DNA from: Candidatus Polarisedimenticolaceae bacterium
GTDB lineage: Bacteria; Acidobacteriota; Polarisedimenticolia; Polarisedimenticolales; Polarisedimenticolaceae
DNA: 64,000 nucleotides
Direction of reading: 5' to 3'
Assembly: GCA_963790785.1 (NCBI GenBank)
Contig: CAWBPP010000007.1
Coordinates: 61,537-125,536 of the forward strand
Below the pieces are notes generated by a model. The model saw only the letters and a list, made by a program, of their open reading frames with translations, was not told the DNA's origin and ran no database searches. The position numbers and the translations under genes were made by a program. Positions within the stretch are counted from its first letter, which is position 1, and the number at the start of each line of letters is the position of its first letter. Of this stretch, positions 21,483-29,422 are shown one piece after another.

Positions 21483-21511
21483 ATGATAAAGTATGGGGCG
21501 CATCGTGTCAA
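21483..21511 (-). promoter_or_regulatory. Putative sigma70-type promoter of the lipid-modification operon (TTGACA-N17-TATCAT)
   Basis: On the minus strand: TTGACA at 21511-21506, TATCAT at 21488-21483, 17-nt spacer, ~45 nt upstream of the start codon. A TAGAAA-N17-TTTCTA inverted repeat lies at ~21443-21472. Confidence 0.3.
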
Positions 21512-21633
21512 TGTTTTGTATACTACATGTTATGGACAAATGTCACTTTCCGGCGAACGGCCGACTTCATAGGGTTTATTCGATTATGCAGGAACTCTCT
21601 TTAAACAGGAGCATAACGTTCCGGCCGGCGCGG

Positions 21634-22740
21634 ATGTTCGTTCTCCTTGCGCATCTCCTCATGGTGCTGGGGGCGGCAGGAGGACAGGTCCGCGCCGCGG
21701 ATATCACCGTCAACCTCGATCAGGCGCCACAGGGAGGAGAAGTCGTCTTGCTGCTGTTCGACTCGGCCAATGCGTTCGGCGACTTTCGGGACCCTGTGAG
21801 GTCCGAGCCGTTTGCGGCCGACGGCCGGACGAGCTTCACGCTGGGTGAGGTCCCGGCCGGGGACTACGCACTGCTGGTGCATCACGACGCCAACGGCAAC
21901 GGCATCATCGACAAGAACTTCATCGGTATCCCGACCGAGCCGATCGCGTTTTCCAACGGATACCGCCCGAAAGGGCCACCGAGTTATCAGCGCGCGCGGT
22001 TCACGGTCGGTCCGACCGAAGACGTGGAGATCGATCTGGAGCTTTTTCAGGCACTGGGCAGGCGGGGACAGGTCGGTGTGGGGCTTGGAGCGATCGGTCG
22101 CAGCAGCCCGTACCGGGACTATAGTGGCGGCGTTTATCAGGTGATCCCGGCGATCACCTACAACGGCGACCGCCTCCAGCTTTTCGGCCCCAACCTCCAG
22201 GTCGGTATCGTGGGCAGCGGCATGCTGCGGCTGGCCGGGACCCTCTCCTACCGGATCGGGGTGTACGAGGAGTCGGACAGCCCCTTTCTCGCCGGCTTGG
22301 GTGACCGCAAGAGCGCGATCATGGTCGGCCTTGCGATGGAGGCCGAACTGCCGCAAGGCATCGATCTTTCCCTGGGATACGAACACGACATCTTCAACCG
22401 GATCGGCGGAGGCGGCGCCAAGCTGAGCCTCGACAAGGCGTTCTCCCTGGGGATCTTCAGGATCACACCGGAAGTCGGAGTGAACTGGCTATCCTCCGAA
22501 CTCTCGAACCACGACTTCGGCATCCCGCCGGCAGCAGCAACCCTTGAGCGACCCGCTTACGAACTGGACGATACCGTCAGTTTCGAGGTCGGCCTGTCCT
22601 CGCTCATCGAGATCTCTCGCGATTGGCTCATTGTCCTGAACCTCGCGGTGGAACAATTCGACGATGAGGTCAAGAACAGCCCGATCATGGTCGATAATCA
22701 GGTCGTCAAGGGTTTCTGCGGTCTGAACTACGTCTTCTGA
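21634..22740 (+). CDS. Fusion of DUF2141 domain and MipA/OmpV-family outer-membrane protein
   Basis: Signal peptide MFVLLAHLLMVLGAAGGQVRA, then DUF2141-like AGDYALLVHHDANGNGIIDKNFIGIPTEPIAFSNG, then ~250 aa resembling MipA/OmpV. Alternative start ATG 21586. Confidence 0.55.
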   Translation: MFVLLAHLLMVLGAAGGQVRAADITVNLDQAPQGGEVVLLLFDSANAFGDFRDPVRSEPFAADGRTSFTLGEVPAGDYALLVHHDANGNGIIDKNFIGIPTEPIAFSNGYRPKGPPSYQRARFTVGPTEDVEIDLELFQALGRRGQVGVGLGAIGRSSPYRDYSGGVYQVIPAITYNGDRLQLFGPNLQVGIVGSGMLRLAGTLSYRIGVYEESDSPFLAGLGDRKSAIMVGLAMEAELPQGIDLSLGYEHDIFNRIGGGGAKLSLDKAFSLGIFRITPEVGVNWLSSELSNHDFGIPPAAATLERPAYELDDTVSFEVGLSSLIEISRDWLIVLNLAVEQFDDEVKNSPIMVDNQVVKGFCGLNYVF

Positions 22741-22749
22741 TGTCTCCTG

Positions 22750-22888
22750 AACCGACGGAGAAGAGATGAAGGCGGCGGGTGTCGCCCTGATCGTCGACGA
22801 GGCGACTTATCGGGGCATTATTCAGCGGATCACGGCCCAGGGCTACGATCCTAACGACCTGGTCCGAACCGTTCAGGACAACCGCTAG
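22750..22888 (+). pseudogene. Remnant of a blc lipocalin paralog (5'-truncated, internal deletion)
   Basis: Encodes EEMKAAGVALIVDE|ATYRGIIQRITAQGYDPNDLVRTVQDNR*. This matches blc residues ...EEMKAVGVARIVD and ATYRGILERIEAQGYDPNDLVRTAHDNL* with the middle ~55 aa missing. Confidence 0.7.
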
Positions 22889-23301
22889 CTTCCGATCCCC
22901 AGCCAACGGCCGATGCCATACCCGGCGCTGGAGACGAGCGCCGACAGGCAGCTGCCCCAGATCATGTCCACCACGACCACCACCACCGGGAAATTCTTGA
23001 ACAGCGCGAGGCAGGTCAGGTCGAAAGCGGCGTAAGCCACAAACCCCATGAAGGCTCCGAGGGTTATGGCTTGCCACAACGATCCGGCCGACAAGCCGGG
23101 CTGAACCGCGAACACCAGTAGTCCGGCGATGAAGATGAGATAGAAAAGGATCGCCGGCACCCATCGCACTTGCCCGGCAAGCAGGTGACCGAGATGACGA
23201 TTGTAAAATTCGACGGCGACGACGCCAAGCCAGACGAGGTCGATCACGAAGAAAACGATCGCCGTCAACAGATAGAGCTTCAGGAAGTCGGTCACGCCCA
23301 T
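22885..23301 (-). CDS. DUF2177-like small membrane protein
   Basis: 138 aa, four hydrophobic helices. Assignment from memory of the family, not computed. Confidence 0.5.
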   Translation of the reverse strand: MGVTDFLKLYLLTAIVFFVIDLVWLGVVAVEFYNRHLGHLLAGQVRWVPAILFYLIFIAGLLVFAVQPGLSAGSLWQAITLGAFMGFVAYAAFDLTCLALFKNFPVVVVVVDMIWGSCLSALVSSAGYGIGRWLGIGS

Positions 23302-23451
23302 GGTCTCCTCCCGGTTACTGCCGCCCTTACCCTATCGCGATTTTTTGCTGACGGCCATGAGAATGATCTGCCCCCTTACAGGCCCAGCAAGAGAGGCAGG
23401 TCAACCCGAAGCCTTCGCCGTCGTGCTCGCGATCGGGCTCTTTGTACCCTT

Positions 23452-24480
23452 TCATGTCGTCGCGTCCTCCAAAAACCGTCGCGCCAGCTCACGGCCCGAC
23501 CGCCAGGCGGCCTGCATGCCCCCGCCGGGAGAGAAGCTTTCGCCGGCGAGACCCAACCGTCTCCCGCCGGACAGAGCGATCATCCTCGGGCCGGCCAGTT
23601 CCCCCCCGCTTGCGACCCGCGCAAAGCGCCAGCGATGGGTTTGAACCGTCTCCGGCTTTGCAGCCCAGGAACCGGCCACCTTGCTCACTTCCCCGAGCAT
23701 GGCGGCGGACCATTCGGTCTCGGGCCGCTCCCACTGCCCGTGCGACCAGGCCGGCAACGCCTGCAGCACCAGGACGGTGCGATCGGTTTGCTCACGCTTG
23801 CTGGAGTCGTGACTGATTCCTTGGATGACATCCGAATCCGCGGGGAACGACATATCCCAGTCGGGCGCCGGACCGTTCTTCGGGTAGAGCGCGATCACGG
23901 TCAGCGAGGAAACGAAGCCGGTCTCGCGGAGCAGCAAGCGCAGGGACTCGAACTCGCTGGACTCGTCCCGGCAGGAATTCAGCAACTCCAGGGCCTGAGG
24001 CGTGGGGATGCTCAGCACGAGATCGCGGGCCGTCAATTCCTGCCCCACCTCGTTCACGATTCGCCAACGTTCGGCCGTGGAGCCGACGGAGACCACACGC
24101 GAGTTCAGTCGCACGTCGAGACCGGCGGCAAGCCACTTCGGAAACACCGTCAAGCCCTTCGTGTAGGTTAGACGCCAATCCCCGTCGCGAAAGGCGCTCG
24201 GCTGAAAGGGAGTTCCCGTCCCGCGGATGCGTCGGGGCCATCCGGCGATGATGTCGTCACCGGCGGCGGATTCCAGCGATGCCAACAACGCCGCGTCACT
24301 GCCGTGGAAGAAGGTCAGCCCATGATCGACCACGCAACCATCTACACGGCGTGTTGCACAGCGCCCACCGACCCCGCGGCTCTTCTCGAGCACGATGACG
24401 CGCAGGCCCGCCTCGACAAGTTGCCGGGCGCAGGTCAGACCGGCGATACCTGCGCCCACGACGAGAACATCGGCATACAT
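23452..24480 (-). CDS. Renalase-like NAD(P)/FAD-dependent oxidoreductase (COG3380 type)
   Basis: [21 protein letters not shown]...[11 protein letters not shown] dinucleotide-binding N-terminus. 342 aa. Confidence 0.7.
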   Translation of the reverse strand: MYADVLVVGAGIAGLTCARQLVEAGLRVIVLEKSRGVGGRCATRRVDGCVVDHGLTFFHGSDAALLASLESAAGDDIIAGWPRRIRGTGTPFQPSAFRDGDWRLTYTKGLTVFPKWLAAGLDVRLNSRVVSVGSTAERWRIVNEVGQELTARDLVLSIPTPQALELLNSCRDESSEFESLRLLLRETGFVSSLTVIALYPKNGPAPDWDMSFPADSDVIQGISHDSSKREQTDRTVLVLQALPAWSHGQWERPETEWSAAMLGEVSKVAGSWAAKPETVQTHRWRFARVASGGELAGPRMIALSGGRRLGLAGESFSPGGGMQAAWRSGRELARRFLEDATT

Positions 24481-24567
24481 GTGACCTGTCCCCTATTAAC
24501 CGGTCCAGCGTGTGAGTTAGGATAGCGCGCTTCGAACTTGAGAGTAGGTGGTGTTCAAATCAAAGTG

Positions 24568-24704
24568 GTCACTTTTTGGACACTTTTTGAATTCGGACAG
24601 ACTTCCTACAGCGTAGCAGTGATCTGTAAGGATAGTCGCTGCAACGACTTCGAATGGTGGGCCCACCAGGACTCCCTCCTCCGCTGACGCTTCGGAGGGC
24701 AGGC
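24568..24704 (-). repeat. Distal U-repeat fragment + 20-nt copy of tRNA-Met 3' end + GC hairpin
   Basis: gtcactttttggacactttt (24568-24587) is identical to 26945-26964. TGGTGGGCCCACCAGGACTC (24655-24674) equals tRNA 31326-31345. ccctcctccgctgacgcttcggaggg hairpin is shared with 16084-16109. Confidence 0.6.
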
Positions 24705-24917
24705 CCTACCCTGCATCACCTCCTCTGTGCAGGGACACGGCCTTTGCTGCGGCGGAAATCGAACCCGATCACGCCTTTGTCGAGATCCTTTTTGGCGAGT
24801 TGGCGCGCTAAACTGGATGCTCACAAAGCCGCGGGAAGGCAGGGTTCAGCAAGCGACCTTGGGTTCCGCGAACACTTTGTCCTCCGAGCGCATCTATACG
24901 GACAGGAGGAAGCGATT

Positions 24918-25505
24918 GTGAAACTGCAGGAGAGCTGGCTGATCTGGCGGCTGCAAAGTGGGGACCGGGAGGCATCCCGGGAGCTGATCCGGACCCACCA
25001 TCAGGCCGTCTACAGCTATCTCCGGCGGTTGTGCTCCGATGCGGCGCTGGCGGAGGACCTGACCCAGGAGACCTACACCCGGGCCTGGTCCGCCGTGAGT
25101 GGGCTGCGGCGAGTGGTTTCGCTGCGAGCCTGGCTGCTCACGATCGCAAGAAACCAGTTTCTCCAGCGCGTGCGCAGGCGCAGAGTGCAGGAGACCCCGA
25201 TTGACTACGCTCCCGATCCTATCGATCCGGCGCCAAGCGCTCTGGCGGCCGCGGCGGACGCAGAGCGCGACGCCCGGCTCCACGACGCGGTGGACCGGCT
25301 CGAGTCCGGATTGCGTGAGACCGTGGCACTGCACTACTTCCAGGAGCTGAGCCTCCGGGAGGTCGGTTCTGTGCTCGGACTGCCCACGGGGACCGTCAAG
25401 TCGAGGTTGAACCGCGCCCTCCGTTCCCTGCGATGTGTGCTGAATCAAAAGGAGGCGAATCATGAAAGACCGACGGCTCGAAAAGAAACTGCGGGCGGCA
25501 TCTGA
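24918..25505 (+). CDS. ECF (group 4) sigma-70 factor
   Basis: Region 2 (RELIRTHHQAVYSYLRRL...DLTQETY) and region 4 (YFQELSLREVGSVLGLPTGTVKSRL). GTG start assumed. The track ORF 24654..25505 has a non-coding-looking extension. Confidence 0.85.
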   Translation: MKLQESWLIWRLQSGDREASRELIRTHHQAVYSYLRRLCSDAALAEDLTQETYTRAWSAVSGLRRVVSLRAWLLTIARNQFLQRVRRRRVQETPIDYAPDPIDPAPSALAAAADAERDARLHDAVDRLESGLRETVALHYFQELSLREVGSVLGLPTGTVKSRLNRALRSLRCVLNQKEANHERPTARKETAGGI

Positions 25506-26637
25506 TCGACCCGCACCGGCGGATCTTCAGCGGCGCCTCGATGCGGCGATCCCAGAATCCTTCGGACGCCCGAGGACCGTGCGGATCGCGGAGGGAATCT
25601 TTGCCATGACCAAATGGGGAATGATCGTTGCGGCGCCCACGGTGCTCGCTATGTGGCTGGTGGGCAGCATCATCTTGGGTCCGACTGCCCCCGTCGCCTT
25701 CGCCGGGGTTCTGGAACCGGTAGTCGCAGGAACGTCCGATGCGGCCCTGGTGCACTACATCCTTCACAGGCTGACCCGCGAGGGAGAGGACTTCTCCTTC
25801 GTTGAACTCGACGGCCCGGGTTTGACCGTGGAAGTGTGGGTCGAAGCGCCCCAACCCACAGGCGAGCCCGCGCGCTACCGCATGGGCAAATCCGACCGCG
25901 TCATCGCCTACGACGGGCAGCAGACGGTGCTGCATATGACGAAAATGAACGATGCTTACCGCTACGAGGGCGTCAACACGCGCGGCGCCGCACTATGGCC
26001 GGCGGGCTGGATCCGCGAGCTGCGCGAGCATCCCGGAGACGACGTGAAACAGCTGCTCTATGAAGAGGCGGAAGGCGAGGCTCGCCTCGTCTACAGCGAA
26101 TCAGGTGTGGACACCTCGCCGCTGCCAAAGGCGTTTCTCGGAGACTACGACCGGGAAACCGAGCTGCGGTGGTCACTGGACACCCATGCCATGACCGGCC
26201 TGAAGACCTGGGTCCTCATCGGCGGAAAGCGCGTGCTTTACTCCGAGCTGCTCGCTATCGAGTATCTGCCTCCGGCAAAACCGGAATCGTTCCAAATCGT
26301 GCTGCCGGACGATGTGCGCTTCGGCGGCGTGAAGGAGGGCACCGCCGAGGAAAACGCTTTGGGACCGGTGGATGTGGCCCGGGGCCTGTTCGAGGCGGCC
26401 CGGTGGAAGGACCAGCACTTCCTGGAGACCTACGTCCCGTCGCCGGCCACCGTTGACTGGGCGATGCAGGCACCGGAATTCGAGATCCTCTACATCGGCG
26501 AGCCGTTCCGGACCGGAGGCTACGCCGGTGTGTACGTGCCCTACAAGATCCGGATCGATGGAAAGATCAAGGAACGGCAGCTCGCGCTGCGAAACGACAA
26601 TCCTGAGCGTCGCTGGGTGTTCGACGGCGGGATCTGA
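25462..26637 (+). CDS. Membrane-anchored anti-sigma factor (single TM; no ZAS/ChrR motif)
   Basis: MKDRRLEKKLRAASDRPAPADLQRRL N-terminus typical of anti-sigma N-domains. TM MIVAAPTVLAMWLVGSIILG. Overlaps the sigma gene. Confidence 0.55.
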   Translation: MKDRRLEKKLRAASDRPAPADLQRRLDAAIPESFGRPRTVRIAEGIFAMTKWGMIVAAPTVLAMWLVGSIILGPTAPVAFAGVLEPVVAGTSDAALVHYILHRLTREGEDFSFVELDGPGLTVEVWVEAPQPTGEPARYRMGKSDRVIAYDGQQTVLHMTKMNDAYRYEGVNTRGAALWPAGWIRELREHPGDDVKQLLYEEAEGEARLVYSESGVDTSPLPKAFLGDYDRETELRWSLDTHAMTGLKTWVLIGGKRVLYSELLAIEYLPPAKPESFQIVLPDDVRFGGVKEGTAEENALGPVDVARGLFEAARWKDQHFLETYVPSPATVDWAMQAPEFEILYIGEPFRTGGYAGVYVPYKIRIDGKIKERQLALRNDNPERRWVFDGGI

Positions 26638-26644
26638 TACCCAA

Positions 26645-26676
26645 CCGGGGGGCAGGCATTCTCCTGCCCCCCGATT
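26645..26676 (+). terminator. Putative terminator after anti-sigma gene
   Basis: GGGGGGCAGG-cattctc-CTGCCCCCC hairpin. Weak T tract. Confidence 0.4.
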
Positions 26677-26803
26677 CCTTGATAGCACCGTATCTGCGCC
26701 TCCAGGAATCGACTCTTTCGCATACCCTCAAGACCCTCCCTTTATGAGATATCCTCACTATAAGCGGGCCAGGATAGTGGGAACACGTCACAATCACATA
26801 GCT

Positions 26804-26852
26804 TGGTGGGCCCACCAGGACTCGAACCTGGGACCGACGGATTATGAGTCCG
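26804..26852 (-). repeat. Exact 49-nt copy of the tRNA-Met 3' end (att-like site)
   Basis: TGGTGGGCCCACCAGGACTCGAACCTGGGACCGACGGATTATGAGTCCG is identical to 31326-31374. Confidence 0.85.
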
Positions 26853-26964
26853 AAACGGGAGAACGGGGTTGCAAGGTTTTTGCTGAATGATTGTGTTTTT
26901 CGTATCCGTAGAGCCCGTTGAAGTGTGACTTCTCCATCCTCAATGTCACTTTTTGGACACTTTT
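26846..26964 (+). repeat. U-repeat copy C
   Basis: gagtccgaaacgggagaacggggttgcaagg...tgtgtttttcgtatccgtagag...atgtcactttttggacactttt. See copy A. Confidence 0.6.
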
Positions 26965-27045
26965 CAGGGATGACGGTCCGGTCCGCAGGAACGGCCCGCA
27001 GAGAAAGGTTCAACACCAACTTCAACCGACGCGGAGTCCACTGCA

Positions 27046-28110
27046 TTACTTTTGCCTGTTCTTCATGACTGATTTGATCATCTTCCCAAAACTCCTGTCC
27101 TGCTTTCTCTTTTCCAAATATGACATTTGGTTGAATTCCGATTCTTTTTTCATCTTCAGGTAATTTTGATAGCGTTGTTCGGACAGATCCCCTGTATTTA
27201 TAGCCGCCAGTATTTCACAGCCTTTTTCATTGGTGTGAGAACAGTCACTGAACCTGCATCTCTGGGCATAGTCCAGTATTTCCGAGAAAGTTTCATCCAG
27301 GCCGTCATCTGCCGACATGGTTCCAAGCTCTCTCATTCCCGGAGTATCTATTATCATTGCCCCGCTTTCCAACCGAACCAGGTGACGGCTTGCTGTAGTA
27401 TGTCGGCCTTTGCTTTGAATTTTACTTACAGGCTGCGTTTCAAACTTTTCCTCGCCCAATATGCAATTGAGCAAGGTAGTCTTGCCAACACCAGATGATC
27501 CCAACAGGCAATATGTAGAGCCACTCTGCAATGACCCGATAATCGAATCGATATTCTCTCGGTTCAGATTGCTGAACTCCATCACGGCGGTATGAGGAGC
27601 GATATCCAGCACACTTTTTTTAATGTCCGCAACTTCTTCCTTGGAAATCAGGTCGCTCTTACTCAGCAGGACCATCGGTTCGATGCCACTTTCATGGACC
27701 ATAACCAGATAGCGCTCCAATCTTCGCAGGTTGAAATTGTCATTCAAAGATTGAAGAATGAAGGCAACGTCAATGTTTGCGGCTATCAACTGGAAATCAA
27801 CCAGCTTGCCGGCTGTTTTTCTTTTTAGAAGCGTTTTTCTGGGGAAGACACCATAGATAATTGCGTGGGTGTCATCGTCATAATAATCTGCATATACCCA
27901 GTCACCGGCAGTGGGAAGTTCACTGGCAGACGCGATACAATAAAGAAGGTTTCCAGACAATTCGGCAAATATCTCCTTCGTTCCTTGCGTCACGGTGTAG
28001 CTGTCTTTATGCACAGAAACTACCCGTGCAACTCCATGAGCGGCAATCTGTTCATCGTCCGCTCGACTCTTGAACCAGTCGCTGTACCCTATGCTTTCCA
28101 AATTGCTCAT
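27046..28110 (-). CDS. rsgA: Ribosome small-subunit-dependent GTPase RsgA/YjeQ, in a markedly AT-rich segment
   Basis: OB-fold N-terminus, permuted GTPase (SKSDL, GSSGVGKTTLLN, DTPG), C-terminal Zn finger CRFSDCSHTNEKGC. Local GC is far below the window norm (23 G+C in 60 nt at 27061-27120). Confidence 0.85.
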   Translation of the reverse strand: MSNLESIGYSDWFKSRADDEQIAAHGVARVVSVHKDSYTVTQGTKEIFAELSGNLLYCIASASELPTAGDWVYADYYDDDTHAIIYGVFPRKTLLKRKTAGKLVDFQLIAANIDVAFILQSLNDNFNLRRLERYLVMVHESGIEPMVLLSKSDLISKEEVADIKKSVLDIAPHTAVMEFSNLNRENIDSIIGSLQSGSTYCLLGSSGVGKTTLLNCILGEEKFETQPVSKIQSKGRHTTASRHLVRLESGAMIIDTPGMRELGTMSADDGLDETFSEILDYAQRCRFSDCSHTNEKGCEILAAINTGDLSEQRYQNYLKMKKESEFNQMSYLEKRKQDRSFGKMIKSVMKNRQK

Positions 28111-28156
28111 GATGCACTCTAGGTCTCTTGCACCTGACGGGGTTGGACACGCCAGC

Positions 28157-28729
28157 TTAACTGCCGGTGGGCTTTATTCGTCCGGCAATTACCAGACCTA
28201 CTAAAGTCCAGGTGATGACATTGTTGACTGCCAGAAACACCAGGTAATCTTTGGGTTGGGGCCCAAAGCTCATCTGCAAAACATCATCGTACAGAGACAC
28301 TATCAAACCGATGAACAGTACGAACAAGACCCGCCTGGAGTATCGTGCCATTATCGTTGCGGACGTTACGGACAGCATCCAGGCGGCGATCAATGGAACA
28401 ACAAGTATTACCAATATCGGGATCAGGAACGAGACCGAGGCTGGATCTCCGTGAGTGCCGCCTGAATACATGATCGAAAAAACCGGCTGACTCCTGTAAT
28501 CAGGCAACAACTTTTCCTCTTCCCGGGATAAATAGGGGCAGGCATAGGTGCCGGCTTCTTTGATGTTGTCTTTGAGTACTTTATGGATTTCCAGCTGGTT
28601 GGGCGCAATCCTGTGCACCATATTGCTCTTCAAGGGGATCATGGCGTTAGACAAAAACAGCCATACAAACATGACTGCACTCCCTAGCAATCCGGCGATA
28701 ATCACGTCTTTTCTCACGGGGCACCTCAC
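28157..28729 (-). CDS. Hypothetical polytopic membrane protein
   Basis: 190 aa, several hydrophobic helices, no recognisable motif. Low GC. Confidence 0.45.
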   Translation of the reverse strand: MRCPVRKDVIIAGLLGSAVMFVWLFLSNAMIPLKSNMVHRIAPNQLEIHKVLKDNIKEAGTYACPYLSREEEKLLPDYRSQPVFSIMYSGGTHGDPASVSFLIPILVILVVPLIAAWMLSVTSATIMARYSRRVLFVLFIGLIVSLYDDVLQMSFGPQPKDYLVFLAVNNVITWTLVGLVIAGRIKPTGS

Positions 28730-28911
28730 TATGGTTCAAGCCTGTCAAATCTGTCTTTGGTTATCTCCGCTTTCACCTTTCCCGTGTGAGCAATGCCTGC
28801 GGGCTCAAACAGCATCAGCTTGACATGCCCCCTAGGAACTACACGATGTTCTACACCACTCTGAACGATGTAAAACTCCCCTTTCGCGCGCACCTGATCA
28901 GTGTACTCCAT
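28729..28911 (-). CDS. Small cupin-like protein (possibly truncated)
   Basis: 60 aa. EFYIVQSGVEHRVVPRGHVKLMLFEPAG resembles cupin motif 2 (PxGxxH). Weak. Confidence 0.3.
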   Translation of the reverse strand: MEYTDQVRAKGEFYIVQSGVEHRVVPRGHVKLMLFEPAGIAHTGKVKAEITKDRFDRLEP

Positions 28912-28916
28912 GTATT

Positions 28917-29393
28917 TTGATCCATGAAGATACGTTCGATATTATGGGTTCTTCCAGCATAGGAGTGACCCGCAAGATAAAACCTGAATGGCCCGAAGTC
29001 GCCGCGGAATGGTCCGGTGATCAGACTTTCACCGGTAGCAGCGCAACCGGTGGAACCGTCGAGATGGCCCCGGCGCAGGAACGGCACGACTGCGTTGCAC
29101 CGATGGAGATGCTGCTGCTCGGCCTGGCCGGCTGCACCGGAATCGACGTCGTCCTCATTCTTCCAAAAATGCGCCAGCCTCTCGAAAGTCTGCGTGTCGA
29201 AGTGCGGGCGAAACGGGCGAAAAGCCATCCCAGGGTCTACACGGAGATCGAAATCACCTACATGCTTTCCGGAGAGGAACTGAGCGAGCAGGCGATCAAA
29301 AGGGCGATCGAACTTTCGGAAGAGAAATGCTGCTCGGTCAGCGCCATGCTGGGCAGCATGGCAAAGATCCGTTCGTCGTATCGATTGATCTAG
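28917..29393 (+). CDS. OsmC/Ohr-family protein (copy 2)
   Basis: PMEMLLLGLAGCTGIDVVLIL...EEKCCSVSAML. Paralog of 11540..12028. Confidence 0.8.
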   Translation: MIHEDTFDIMGSSSIGVTRKIKPEWPEVAAEWSGDQTFTGSSATGGTVEMAPAQERHDCVAPMEMLLLGLAGCTGIDVVLILPKMRQPLESLRVEVRAKRAKSHPRVYTEIEITYMLSGEELSEQAIKRAIELSEEKCCSVSAMLGSMAKIRSSYRLI

Positions 29394-29422
29394 GGAAGTG
29401 ACGCCGTCAACGGTTCCCCGAT

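Noticed and set aside
24654-24917. 5' extension of the ECF sigma ORF (track start 24654)
   Set aside because: The extension covers the tRNA-fragment/hairpin repeat and has no region-1 or region-2 similarity. Sigma region 2 begins just after GTG 24918.
25462-26637. Identification of the anti-sigma factor as ChrR
   Set aside because: It has no HxxxCxxC zinc-binding motif and no cupin C-terminus, and it has a transmembrane helix. Only a generic anti-sigma call is justified.
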